Under the pieces are notes generated by a model. It made no database searches, was not told where the DNA came from, and saw only the letters and a list, made by a program, of their open reading frames with translations. Shown one piece after another: positions 49,501-61,842 of a DNA stretch of 64,000 bases (positions within the stretch are counted from its first letter, which is position 1; every line of letters starts with the position of its first letter). The position numbers were made by a program, and so were the translations under genes. This DNA comes from Phoronis australis. Lineage: Eukaryota > Animalia > Phoronida. The stretch spans positions 858,955 to 922,954 of the forward strand of contig NMRA01000014.1 of assembly GCA_002633005.1 (NCBI GenBank). The letters are read 5' to 3'.

Positions 49501-52500
49501 TGATCATTAAGATGAAGCCTGGGACAGATCATATATCGCGCGTAGCTGGAGCGCAGAAGTTGTCGCACCGTGTTTAGCACCCAGTAGTATATGCCTCGGT
49601 CACCTAAAGCTTCCAGTGCCGATGCAGCAGAAAAATATACCTCGGACGTGTTTCAGATCCGTGCATATGCGGCCTTCATTCAATACCACGAGGGGATTTC
49701 TTCAAGAGATGGCTAACTTCTTGGCTTCAGCTGGCAGGTCTCGAAAACCGCAAGAGATGATGATTCTAAATCCTAAGTATACCAACTGAGCCTAGATAGA
49801 TTGGGCATAAGACACGTCATTATAATTTTGACGTGGCCAGTGTAACCTTGCCCGATACAAACACAAGTGTGGTTTTGAACACCTGGTAGAGTCTTGTCCA
49901 GCTTTTTATAGGCTAAGGAGCAACCTACTGGATGGCACTGTTACATGCCTACAACATATAGTGCATGGCAACAAATGGTAACGTCTCTCCGTTTTCTTAA
50001 AGGAGACTGGCAGACTTGAAAACTTCCTTCACGAAGAACCATAATGGGTCTTTCGTGCTTTAGCTCAGGTGTTTTCTGCAATAGGCCCAACCATGAGACC
50101 TGCGCATGTCTGATGCACCGCATGACACCAGGCCACCTACATGCTTTTTTATATCTTCTTAATGCATTGTTAACTCTTGTTTAAGACTGTTCTCACAGGG
50201 GTTCCCCTGTCGACAACTTTGACGGCATTTTCCATGAGTTCAGAATTATACGACTTCACTTACCATAGGCGGATTTAGAACGGGGGACAGGCCCCCCCCC
50301 CTTGGCTTCCGCAAAAAATAAAATCGCAAGAGCGTAGGGAAATGTTGAGTTTATTAATTAACCCCGGTAATTAACATTATACGGAGGAAACAAGATTTAA
50401 ATGTGTGCAGTTTTAGTGCGTTTGGGGGGGGAGGCTCAGATCCAATTTCAAGTGTCAAATTTAGAACACGGCTCAATCGTAATGAAACTACGGTCAAGTT
50501 TTGACTCTCCTGCGATATACCAGGCGACCGGCAGTGGCGCTGCGCACCACGACTCCGTTTCCGTCGTCTGCTTCACTGTGCAATGAAGAAAATTACTTCA
50601 TTTTTTAATGAAAATGGAATCTGAGTGGCTATGAAAAAACAGAAGCTGCTGGTAAAATGTGAATTTTAATCAAAACCTTAGTGAATCACTCAGAAACTCA
50701 TAATTCTCTCTTTGTCAAATCTTCACTTAAGACGATTTCCAAAGCAACGCGTCATTAATGCCAATACAAAAACGGATTTGGTCTTTTGGGCATTTGAAGA
50801 CTATTTTAAATACAACAAATTTGTTACGAACTGATTGCACAAAATATAAAAAGTGTAATAAGCATTACAAAAAGAAGTAGGTTTCGCGCGCAAACGCTGT
50901 GGACCATAAACAAATAGGTCTCTTATTATTAAGATATGAGTGAAATTGTGGTGGTGCAGTGGTAAAGCACGCGCGCTCTATACGCCAGGTCGTGAGTTCA
51001 ACCCCTTGATAATTGCAGTTTATCATGTTTGACACGTTCTCCGTTTTTTTTTTCCGTTCTTTGCTTTTTTTTCTTGGATAATACTTCAGGAATCAAGGAA
51101 AATGCTTAATTTTTAGAGGAAAAAACAGAAAAATTNGAGGAAAAAAACAGAAAAATTTTCCTGGGCCTGCCCCCCCCCGCCCATTCAGTGCTATGCGCTT
51201 CTAATCGTGCTTTGCACAAATGTTTTCGAACAAATTGTTGGGCCCCCCTTGTGATATCCTAGATCCGCCAATGCTTACTGAATGATAGGTCACACATGCA
51301 TAGATATAAAACACCTGCCTGGGAGGGATATTTTGAGGCTATGAAAATACCCGAGGTGTTCGAGATGTCAACACTTGAGAGGTTAACGCATGTGTCAAGT
51401 TCAGTCATACGTTCAATCACTCTCTATGCACGAAAGGCACATGCCGTGTGACGGAAATCTGCACATGCGCAAATAGCGCTTAGCTCCGAGGAGAAATTTG
51501 ATGCTACGAAGATACCCGATAGGCTCCAGACGCTACGAGGGGTAACTTGAGGCTTACCGTAGCCACCTGCGATGCATCACGATTCATTTCAATCGCGGAA
51601 AGAGAACGGTTAAGCGCCGCTTTCACCATAAATCTCAACTAACCCAGGTGCTCAGAATCCGTCTACACCAACGTGACTTACCGTGGCAGTCTGAGTTTGG
51701 CGGGAATTGGCTCCCGAAAGTGGTTCACAGTGAAACAGAGAACATCACGGGTAAGGATAAGTAATATTGAACAACGTGTGACACAATGAAGATGAGTGAC
51801 AATTTCCTGTCAAACAGGATTTGAAAAAATAGGAAGTGGAAAGCCTGAGAGCGTTCACTTGGAAATTGTCAGAGATTGACGCAAAAATGCACCTGAGGTC
51901 AGCGGATGTGCTAGTAACACAAAACAATATTGTGTATTTGAAAAAGCCAGTAACTTTACCGAGGTTCCCATAGTATTTCTTCAGGTCTCCAGCCACTCCT
52001 CCTAACACCGAAACAAACAACGCTGAAATTGTAAATGAGAGTGTTTGATCTCCTTATCCTGTGTCGGGTAAATGTTCTAATCTGAACCGTATTCGAATCT
52101 ACACAATTAACAAACCGCCATAGAAGTTTTTATCCACTTAGATACCAAGTTTGTAAAATCGACATGCGTAAAGTGACTACAAAATCGTTTGAAAATAGAT
52201 TTTCATAAAGCAGAGCCGTTAGCTTTCTTAAATTTGGCATTTTTAAAAATTTTCTTCAGTGTACTTGGTTTCGTTTTTTAAAATTGTTGATTGAACAATA
52301 AATTCGTGCTATTTTGCACAAGGTGTTGTTTTTAAGCGTTTTCCTTGAAGCTCCATGTATTCTCTTTGTTACCCGTCTGCAGTTAACTGCTGACTGACCG
52401 GTAAGATTGGATTGGCAATTTCCGATTCGCCAGTTTACGGTTATCGTGCACTTGATAAAACTGGGATAAAACTAAAAACGAAACATCGCAGGCTGATGAC

Positions 52501-55500
52501 GGACAGTTTAGACGGCCCACTCGCACCAGGATTAAGGCGCAAAACAGCAAGTTGAGGTTCAGATTAGTCAGCTATTCGTCACATTTCCGCCGACATTTCT
52601 TTCATCTACTCCCCCCCCCCCGACCATGTTACCCAGTTTCCTAAGACAATGCCTCCTTTTCTATTAATTTTTCTAGCTCCACCGAACGTGACTTTTTCAC
52701 TCACATTTTACTGCATGAAAAGTGACACATGAATTTTTATTGGCTTAGAAAACATTAACTCTCGATTCTTGAGCTTTCATTGGCTAAATTGTTACTAATT
52801 TTTGCTGCTGCAAAGGACGCTCTGCTTTGGTATTAGTTAGTCGCCATTTTTGATACGATTTAAGGATACATGACTGTGAACCACAACACACAAAGTGTAG
52901 TAACTTTTACAGCGAGTCTTCGTTGTTTCGGACGATGAACCGCCCACAGATAAGCCCCGCCTGCCGGTTACCAATATTTGTCGGTCATAGCTTTTGACAA
53001 GAAAACGACGGAGAATGTATCCTTAAGGTAATGTAAGAATCTAAAACATGTATAATATTGGCCAACAGGAACATCATGTCTAAGAAATGGTTTGCCGGAT
53101 TCACATGAAAGTTTCAGGTACATTTACTGCGCTTCGTCTAGCACTACAGTTCATTACTATTTTCAGGCTTCATGCACTGTTCTCCAAGACTGTTTGGAAT
53201 TATTTTAAAATAAACCGTTCTTGTATAGGTGCTGTCAAATATAGAACTTTTTTTGAAAGAAAAATCTTCGAAGTTGCATAAGACGAAAAAAGAAATGATA
53301 ATTTAGAAAACTGTAACAGCGTTTTTGAGACTTTATCTTGAACATTTACATAACGCGAAATGTTAGCGATCCTGTTGTTTTGCCACGAATGTACTTCTTT
53401 TTTCACCAAATTTTACTTAAAAAAGCATGGTCACGTGACCTAATTAAGCGCACATTGGTATACAGTTGAAAATAATAATTTCACGGAACTTTTACTTTCA
53501 CGAAACATACACTTTTGCTGAGTTAAAATCAATAGTTTTTTTTAGATACTTGGCTAAATGTACAGTCTTGCATATAAGGTCCCACAAAACCTAAACTACT
53601 AGATACATGTAGATCATTAAACGAAATACATGGCTTCTTCAGTAATAGGTCTTTCAGCTCACTACCAGTAGGCTTCATGAAAAAATTAACGCAAGTTAGC
53701 CAAAATGAAGTCCCGTCCACACACATCCTAACCTAGAACAGTTTGTACCAATGCAAGTTGTCCCACTTTTAAGTGAAGCGTTCACACACACATATTTGAT
53801 AACTAGGGCTATAAGGCGGGAGTTGTTACTGTGTGCGTGACAATGGCGCAAAAAGACCAGTCTGTAGGTAGGCGCGTCTGATAGCTACTTTCGCCTTGCC
53901 CCAGGATTGTTTGAATATTTTGCTTTTATCTCTGTTCGTGTTTTCGGCGAATCTTTTCCGGAGTTTTGCTTATTTCTTTACAGCCGGTCTACTGATTTCC
54001 AAAATGTTGCTATTAATCAGTCACCAATGCAAGAACAATCGAGTGTCAGGACTGCTCACTTAAATTCTTTTTGAGTTTTTCATCGACCCTTTAAGTTANC
54101 GATTCGTAAGCTTTCATTGGCTAAATTGTTACTAATTTTTGCTGCTGCAAAGGACGCTCTGCTTTGGTATTAGTTAGTCGCCATTTTTGATACGATTTAA
54201 GGATACATGACTGTGAACCACAACACACAAAGTGTAGTAACTTTTACGGCGAGTCTTCGTTGTTTCGGACAATGAACCGCTCACAGATAAGCCCCGCCTG
54301 CCGGTTACCAATTCTAGTCGGTCATAGCTTTTGACAAGAAAACGACGGAGAATGTATCCTTAAGGTAATGTAAGAATGTATAATATTGGCCAACATAGGA
54401 ACATCATGTCTAAGAAATGGTTTGCCGGATTCACATGAAAGTTTCAGGTACATTTACTGCGCTTCGTCTAACACTACAGTTCATTACTATTTTCAGGCTT
54501 CGTGCACTGTTTGGAATTATTTTAAAATAAACCATTCTTGTATAGGTGCTGTCAAATATTGGACTTTTTTGAAAGAAAAATCTTCCAATTTGCCTAAGAC
54601 GAAAAAAGAAATTATAAGTTAGAAAACTGTAACAGCGTTTTTGAGATTTTATCTTGAACATTTACATAACGCGAAATGTTAGCGATCCTGTTGTTTTGCC
54701 ACGAATGTACTTCTTTTTTCACCAAATTTTACTTAAAAAAGCATGGTCACGTGACCTAATTAAGCGCACATTGGTATAAAGTTGAAAATAATAATTTCAC
54801 GGAACTTTTACTTTCACGAAACATACACTTTTGCTGAGTTAAAACCAATAGATTTTTTTAGATACTTGGCTAAATGTACAGTCTTGCATATAAGGTCCCA
54901 CAAAACCTAAACTACTAGATACATGTAGATCATTAAACGAAATACATGGCTTCTTCAGTAATTGGTCTTTCAGCTCACTACCAGTAGGCTTCATGAAAAA
55001 ATTAACGCAAGTTAGCCGAAATGAAGTCCGTCCACACACATCCTAACCTAGAACAGTTTGTACCAATGCAAGTTGTCCCACTTTTAAGTGAAGCGTTCAC
55101 ACACACATATTCGATAACTAGGGCTATAAGGCGGGAGTTGTTACTGTGTGCGTGACAATGGCGCAAAAAGACCAGTCTGTAGGTAGCCGCGTCTGATAGC
55201 TATTTTCGCCTTGCCCCAGGATTGTTTGATCAATTGCTTTTATCTCTGTTCGTGTTTTCGGCGTATCTTTTCCGGTGTTTTGCTTATTTCTTTACAGCCG
55301 GTCTACTGATTTCCAAAATGTTGCTATTAATCAGTCACCAATGCAAGAACAATCGAGTGTCAGAACTGCTCACTTAAATTCTTTTTGAGTTTTTCATTGA
55401 CCCTTTAAGTTAAGAGAATTGCCGCCACTTCTGTTTTTAAAATGCTGAAATAAAGTTGCTAAATACTAAAACGAAGACAAAATTCTTTACATCTGTACGT

Positions 55501-55875
55501 AGCATGTCTAGCACTACTGTTTCAAATATCGACAATTTATACTTGCAAAATGAAGAACGTAGGTTTTAGAACACTTTTAAAGTTTGTAAAATATTCTGAT
55601 TATTATTCAAAACGTAACTAAACGGTTACACAAAAGTATGTGAAAATCTCGTTTATTTAAAATGTACCCAGGGAACTATCCAAAACACAAAACGAGTCTT
55701 CAGGTCTTAACTAAAGTAGTTAGTAGGCCGACAGAATTCGTTTAGCACAGGTATTTCAAACCAATGCATAACTGCGTTTACTCAACTCAATGTCGCCTGT
55801 GTGTCCATAATGCTGAAAGGATTTTACTAAATCAGCAAGTAACAACTTACACAACCACAGTTGAGTTCTCAGCAT
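45945..55875 (-). CDS. Uncharacterised type-I membrane protein: signal peptide, SUEL-like domain, kringle, stalk, TM, acidic tail (454 aa; isoform A)
   Basis: join(55851-55875, 51960-52022, 49093-49449, 47292-47600, 46905-46955, 45945-46504). All introns are phase-1 GT-AG and the total is 1365 nt in an open frame. N-terminus MLRTQLWLSLFVSVLGGVAG is signal-peptide-like; AATAAA lies about 15 nt after the stop. Confidence 0.8.
46905..46955 (-). CDS. 51-nt stalk exon (ESVAGVKKEARGETTLE)
   Basis: tctcag| acceptor, G|gtaatt donor, phase 1-1; same length and relative position as the paralog exon at 60253-60303. Confidence 0.72.
47292..47600 (-). CDS. Kringle domain exon
   Basis: ECYND...DYSGTLAVSRDGTSCEKW...ENYCRNPG...YCF...WCNLTQKC: six Cys plus the NYCRNP signature; tttag| acceptor, G|gtaaga donor. 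Confidence 0.93.
49093..49449 (-). CDS. 8-cysteine extracellular domain exon, SUEL/gal-lectin-like
   Basis: ATVCMGGTLKVSC...C...CCP...QC...KC...TYLSFYYVC. The termini resemble the SUEL pattern but the YG and DPC motifs are absent; phase 1-1. Confidence 0.78.
50264..51273. mobile_element. Non-autonomous DNA transposon with CA...TG termini and 5-bp TSD CTTAC, carrying an internal tRNA-like segment
   Basis: CTTAC|CATAGGCGGATTTAG at left and CTAGATCCGCCAATG|CTTAC at right; A-box TGGTGCAGTGG and B-box-like GAGTTCAACCC at about 50950-51005. Confidence 0.85.
51960..52022 (-). CDS. Signal-peptide exon (SLFVSVLGGVAGDLKKYYGNL)
   Basis: tttcag| acceptor, G|gtaaag donor, 63 nt, phase 1-1. Confidence 0.72.
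52763..55412. repeat. Near-identical tandem duplication of about 1.33 kb joined at a single N (54099); probably redundant haplotypes
   Basis: 52763-54098 matches 54100-55412 with scattered SNPs and small indels. Confidence 0.92.
53027..53591. mobile_element. Shorter relative of the 7722-9464 element (duplicated at about 54364-54907)
   Basis: TTAA|GGT start; shares internal ataatttagaaaactgtaacagc and the right end gagttaaa...tagttttt..agata.ttgg...aatgtacag with 8980-9464. Confidence 0.7.
55851..55875 (-). CDS. Start exon of the kringle-TM gene (MLRTQLWL)
   Basis: ATG CTG AGA ACT CAA CTG TGG TTG T|gtaagt, a consensus phase-1 donor; completes a signal peptide with the next exon. TATA-like TATTTAAA at about 56083-56090. 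Confidence 0.65.
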
Positions 55876-56637
55876 TGGGGTAAGTTCATGAACGTTATAA
55901 TCTTGCACCAGTTTGACTGTTGAAGAAAGCGATGTTTTTTAAAGTTTTGTAGGCGAGTTTGAATGGTTGTCGTTCTTTTGTTTGATGTTCTTTTTCATTA
56001 GCTCACGTTTCACGTTTTGGGCACGAAGTGAGTTTTACGCGGAAGAAGCGTGTGTCTTACATCGACTTGAATTGTTTATTACTTTAAATATAGCTAAGGG
56101 TCTTCCAGTTTTTCAATAAATTACAGTAAGTCCGAGGCAAACTACAACTAGCCGGATTGCAGGGTACATGTAGCTCACGTAATCATGTCGTTGCGGTGTT
56201 TTTATTGCCACTCTCCATAATTGCTTTTGGCTGACATTGTATTACTCGTATTGATGCATTGTTTATTTATGAACAGGACATATTTCCTATGCAACACTTC
56301 AGGAAGACGTTATTGAGTCCGAATGTTTTTCTCAATACAGTTTAAATAGGAAGGAACATAATCGTACTCAGAACTACTGAAACAGAACCCATTCCTAAAG
56401 ACGCAGACTCTCGCTTGCGTGAACAAACTGATTCTAACATTTGGTTGCTACAGTACCTGTCAAAATACATGTCTAAGAAATCATCAGCAAACCGCCGTAC
56501 ATTCGACTGTAAGTTTTACAGTCAACGGAGTTTAAGGAAAGCAGCTAAGTACTTTGTGTTTGTGTTTTTAAATAATTCCATTTTTGATCATTTTGGGTCT
56601 CACCATTGAGGCCTCAAATTATCCAATGTTTCACTCT

Positions 56638-57902
56638 TTAAAAAAACACAGTATCCATTAGCTCTTCACTTGTCTTCTTTATAAAAGCGCGTATCTTGGC
56701 GTGCTCGTTCTCGGCGCTAAGGAAGTCCTTTTCACCACACTTTTCGACAGATTCTGGCCCACTTTGACTATTATCACTGCATTGTCCTACCGGTTTATTT
56801 TCCTTGCTATTCTCTTCGTTTTGCCTTAGCGGCTGATCCATGTCACGTGTTTGCAAGGAAGGGCACGCATCTACAAAAGGTTCAGAAACTACGTCTTGCA
56901 GTTGAGCAGTTTCCGTGAAGCCTGTGGCTGGCTCAGACTGGTTTCCTTCCGCGAAATCAGGAGGGGCCTCTGTAGTATTAAGGTTTTCTAATTCTCCAAC
57001 ACTTCTCTCAACACATATACTTCCTGTAGATTCATCGCTACAACTTTTTTCACGGACACTATTCTCTCTTCCATTTTGGGCATTACCTCTTTCAAATTCC
57101 CCGTTGTTGCAAGTTTCATCACTAGTATTTTCCACTTGACAACGTTTCTCGTCGGCATTAACTTCTATGTTGTTCAAGATCTCATCATTCAGGTTTTTTT
57201 CACCACAACCCACTACTTTGAAATTATCGTCACAGCAAGTCTGTTGGGTAACAACCATTTCATTACAATCTGTGACGTTAGCTATTTCGCCAAGATTTTC
57301 TTCGCTACCACCCCTATCGTTAAGTTTCTGTTCACTTTTAACGTTGTCATAAACAATAGTTTTCGTACAAACACCGTTGCTCACTGCTCGGACATTAACG
57401 TCTTCTTCGTTTCTCATTCCATCATTGACGAAACGGTCTACTTCAATGTTTGTATTCAGCTCAACCCGTTGCCGATTACCGCCAACATCAGGCTCTATAA
57501 TAGGATTGTCCTCTGCCTTGCGTTCATTCCTTCCACTAATTTCCTCGTTTGGGCCAGTCTTACTGTCATTACCACACGTCGCATTAGCTCTGTTGATATT
57601 CAGCTTAGATGAGTCGATCTGTGTATTGCTCAACGACTGTGGATGGACGGTGGGCATATTATGCGATACACCGTATCTGGAGGTTAGCAACCAGTTTTGA
57701 ATATCCAACTTCTTACTGGCGTCCAAAACTGAGTGCTCGCTTGGTCTCTCAACCCGAATGATTGGAACATCTCGTGGATGACTTGTCTTTGTTCGTTTGA
57801 GATGAACTCTCCAGGCCAAAACACTCAACGCTACCAAACACAGTAGGCCACAATTGACACCCAGAATTACCCAGTACGTTTTCGACAAACCCAGCCATTG
57901 GT
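56638..57902 (-). CDS. Terminal TM and long acidic tail exon of an upstream paralog
   Basis: tttcag| phase-1 acceptor; DQWLGLSKTYWVILGVNCGLLCLVALSVLAWRVHLKRTK...MDTVFF*; within ORF 56638..57969. Confidence 0.85.
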
Positions 57903-60252
57903 CTGAAACAAATAAGCAAGTAGGCCTAGTTACTTGGTAACAGAACCTCAAACTCTGGAAATCCAGCAATTTTTCTCTACATATATTCTATGCCATTTTT
58001 ACAGAATCTGATTCAAATGAGACTACGTGGCCACTCGTTGTCTTCGCTTCTCAAAATTCAAGTTAACCAGCAACAGGATCGCCGCGTGACATCGATTGGA
58101 AGAACTTCTTATGTTTTCAGTGTAAACATACAAATTTGGGGTTAGAGTGTACATAAGTAGTCACAGTGATCATGTACTGATAATTGTAAGACAATTTGTA
58201 ACACTTGATTAAATCAGTGAGTGACTTATAAAGACTAATCGGAGTTTGTAAACCTATAGGTAAGCAAATTTTTAAAGCCGACTGGGGTAAAACGTCCCCG
58301 GCTGAATACAATTGAGACACCAGTACAAGCTTGGGGTTAAGAGCCCCGTCTATACCTCGGTGAAAAACGTGAACGCAGGGTAAATAAAGTTCCCTTCTTC
58401 AGATATCACTCTAACATTTTGGAAATCAATACTTCCTCCTCGGGTTACTTATCGCTTCAAGAAGATTGTGTGGCGTACGTACGCATAGGCCAACCTCTCT
58501 GCTAACTGCAACACAGTTTGGTGAAGGAGTAGGTGACTCTTTGACTACAGGGTATCAGATTGGCAGACTAGTGTGATCAGGAATTGAGACTCATATCTTT
58601 GAGAATGAGATCGTTACATAACGAGAGTTGATAACCTAGACTACAAAATGCTCTGACTTTTGTTGGCAGTTGCTTAATTGTTTCTGTCCATCCCATGATG
58701 ATAACTGCTTGAGGAGGTTAGCCGATGAGCAGTTCCACATTTGGTCGATACGTTTGGTTCAAAAGCAATTAGTTTCAACTTGGACATCAATATCAAGAGG
58801 CACGGTAACAATAGACGTGAGACTCCATCAGTCATGACGTCAAACTCCTCATTACAGATGAGTTTGAAATTGTATCATTGAAGCCGTATGACTATCAGCA
58901 CGCCTTCTAGACGTGCTGGTGCAGAGGTTTGTAGTTTGTCAATGACCGTCAAGAGAGGTTTACGGTCGGCGATATCTTTGAAAGTGTGGCCTCACAGATA
59001 TGTGTGAAATCTTTTTCTGCCGCATGCCATAGTCATTAGCTCACGCTTAATACATGTGCATCATCTCTTTCGTTGAAGACAAGCTTATGCTGGAAATATA
59101 ACAACGGGGACCGGATTGCCAACAGGGTCGAGTTGTAATGGAGCATCGCCTATTCCTTGCTAGCTTGATTCATAATACATTTTGATCTTTGGGTTGATGT
59201 GTTGCAGAAGGGAAGTCTCAGACACGCCACTCTTGCGTTTTGTGAACGCTGCGTGGTGATGTGGTGCCCACTGAGACCCCGAGTGTTTGTAAAACCGGTT
59301 ACACAAGACAACAGGTTTTCAGCTCAAGTCTTTGCCAAAGCAAGACGGGTTCGCCATCGCATCTACGAATTGATGCATTTTCGTTATGGTACATATAGTT
59401 ATAACATTTCTGCAATTTGAATTTCCTCAGCAGGGTCGAGTTTCATTCTAGTGTGAGTGTGCCACACACCGAAGAAAAATAATTCCTGGCATTTTATGTC
59501 ACATTTGGTGTGATTAAGGGCGAGGCTCTCATGCATGGCGACCAGATTTTTGTCGTGCTCATGCCCTGTGACCCATAAATGACGATGTCATCAACGATTC
59601 TATATGCTTTAGTACATTGTTTATTAATCCCCAGTTAGAAAATGTCCTGACTGACATTTAGACTGAAAGGGTGTCACTGGAAACAACACCATCCAAATGA
59701 TGTTTGAAAATATGTTGGTACCTGGCTTTCGCGATCGAGTTTGATAGACCAGTACCTCAACTTCGCGTCTAACTTTGCACCAGCGAAACGGTTCTTTTAC
59801 TGTTGGAATCTAGTGACATGGTTTTACTAGGGCTTTGGTCAAAGTTCTTCGATGTAGGCATACTCTTATTGTGTTGCGGCTGTTCGTCCAAATTATAAAA
59901 TATTGCGGGTTTGTAGTCGCTTTAAAACCCGTCCACACTGGCAAATGTTTTGTTTGCAAACTCGCTTCCTACGCCTACGGTCGTGTTAAGAATATATTAA
60001 AACACAAACAAGATAGTTCCACCCAAAACATGATTCAAAGCGATGTTTTTTTAAATATGGCGCTGCATGATGCTTCAAAGGCATACGTCATTAAGGGCAC
60101 ATTTTTAATGACGCATGACAATGTATGTCACAACGCACCCAACTGTGCGAACTAATGTGCTAAACATGATTTCGAATCTATCGTATGGGCATAACTGAGG
60201 TAAGCAGTCACAACGTTCAACATCGACCATGCGATACTATACAAACGGATAC

Positions 60253-60303
60253 CTTTGGTGTCGTGTTGTCTCAGGTCTTCCAGCTCATGTATACCAGTGG
60301 GAC
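60253..60303 (-). CDS. 51-nt stalk exon of the upstream paralog (GPTGIHELEDLRQHDTK); further 5' exons probably beyond 64000
   Basis: tttcag| acceptor, G|gtatcc donor, phase 1-1, in frame with the exon at 57902. Confidence 0.68.
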
Positions 60304-60572
60304 CTGAAACTAAACAATTATGATTTGATGAGGTACATGCCTACTGGATGAGACAAAACACTTGTCGATGGAGAAATATGTGGTAAACAGCATATCACAT
60401 TTCATTGTTGATATAAACAAATTTTCAAAAACTCTTTCAATCCTTTGGTCAAAGCGCTAAAAATGACCACATGTACAAATTACACCAAATGTATAGTCCC
60501 TAATGCCCTGTTCACACGTGGAAATGTGAGACGGTAGTTAGAAGGTGATTAGGCAGCACACCAGCCACTTAA

Positions 60573-61842
60573 AGTCCTTCTCTCAAACTGCCCATGTGGT
60601 TCCAGTATCCGAAAATACTTACTACATAAATTCTTATTTTCGACACCCTTTCTTTATATTCTCTTCGCCTTTCTTGCCAAAAGCGATTTTTTAACAGTAT
60701 TAAATTGACCCTTCTCTATGAGCGTATGATTACCGGTTGTCATCGGTTATTTCTGTACCCACATTTCCGGCTCATCAGTTCAGGAACTTGTCCTGAACGC
60801 CGCCATTTTTTCCTTGTAACTGAATGTGCTATAGCTTGCTCGAAAAGTCTTCATTATTTTGTTTTATTAGTAATATATCGTGATTCGTTTGCATATGTAG
60901 TGTATTTATAGTTTGTAGTTAGTGGTCGTGGATTTTTTTGGAATGTTACGCGTACTTAGTATGTAAAATAACATTGGTGTTTAGTTCCTTACGTAGGCGG
61001 GTCGAACCTAGGAACCAATATGGGTCGAACCAATTTTTTTTCGGTTTTATTTTTTCCTCGTTTTGAAAAAGTACTTTGCTATCATCGGAAAGGTAGTACA
61101 TTCTACTCAGTAAAAATCGAAAAAGTATCAAAATCGGGACAAGCAGTGTAAAGTTATTGCAAGTTTTGTGGCGAAATTTGGGTCACTTTGTTTGGATCGC
61201 GTCGGCCATATTGGAGGACAGCGGGATGAGTTACGAGTTTAAAACTTTGTGTAAATTATTTTCGCCAACAAATTACGGTGAAATTTAGTTAGACATATCT
61301 TTACTTACTATTCTGCACGATTTAACAATGTTCACCAAATTTCAGCCTCGCACTTGTTACTCATTAAGTGATAAATGTGCTCACAATTCCCGTTGGACTT
61401 CGTCTCATTTCTGGCGGCACCGACAATGGCGACTGGGTCCGATAGGCTGCGGTCTCGAGTCTGGCAAAATAATTTCTGTCAAAATTTATTCGCCACATTT
61501 CTTCAGCAAATTCGATGAAATTGTCCGTAGTTTGATTTTATCAAAATTAAGGCGCGCTGTCGATTTTTTTATTCCCGTTTGCTGGCTGGTAACAGTACAG
61601 GCACTGCTCCAGTCGCACTGACGGCGTTTTCTCGGCCTGGGTTCCTGACCTGAATGAATTGTACTTCCGGGTTCGCGGCAAGTTCAAAATGGCGGTGTTT
61701 CTTCGGGTGCGAATCGTGAATGGCGCGTTCATTTAAACTTTTTTCGAGTACGGATCGTGTATTAGTTATGGGGTAGGTACTTCTTGGATCCTTATAACAT
61801 CTTCTGACCATGTAATAAGGGTTAACAACGCGTGAGAGGACT
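60573..61842. mobile_element. Non-autonomous DNA transposon with TTAA TSD (Kolobok-like)
   Basis: TTAA|AGTCCTTCTCTCA at left and TGAGAGGACT|TTAA at right; AG...CT termini; no coding capacity. Confidence 0.8.

Noticed and set aside
51682-51806. Possible extra exon with in-frame TGA (selenocysteine idea) in the kringle-TM gene
   Set aside because: The required frame has a stop, the end phase does not match the next exon, no SECIS was identified, and 51960 joins 49449 cleanly without it.
52146-52206. Alternative start exon MKIYFQTIL*
   Set aside because: In-frame TAG and weak donor; 55851-55875 gives a better signal peptide and a consensus donor.
45945-55875. Naming the gene Kremen, ROR, plasminogen or PIK3IP1
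   Set aside because: No WSC, CUB, kinase or protease domain; the architecture does not match, so no symbol was assigned.
58400-59450. Possible pseudogene or extra paralog exons in the upstream paralog's intron
   Set aside because: No open, splice-bounded frame or recognisable domain found.
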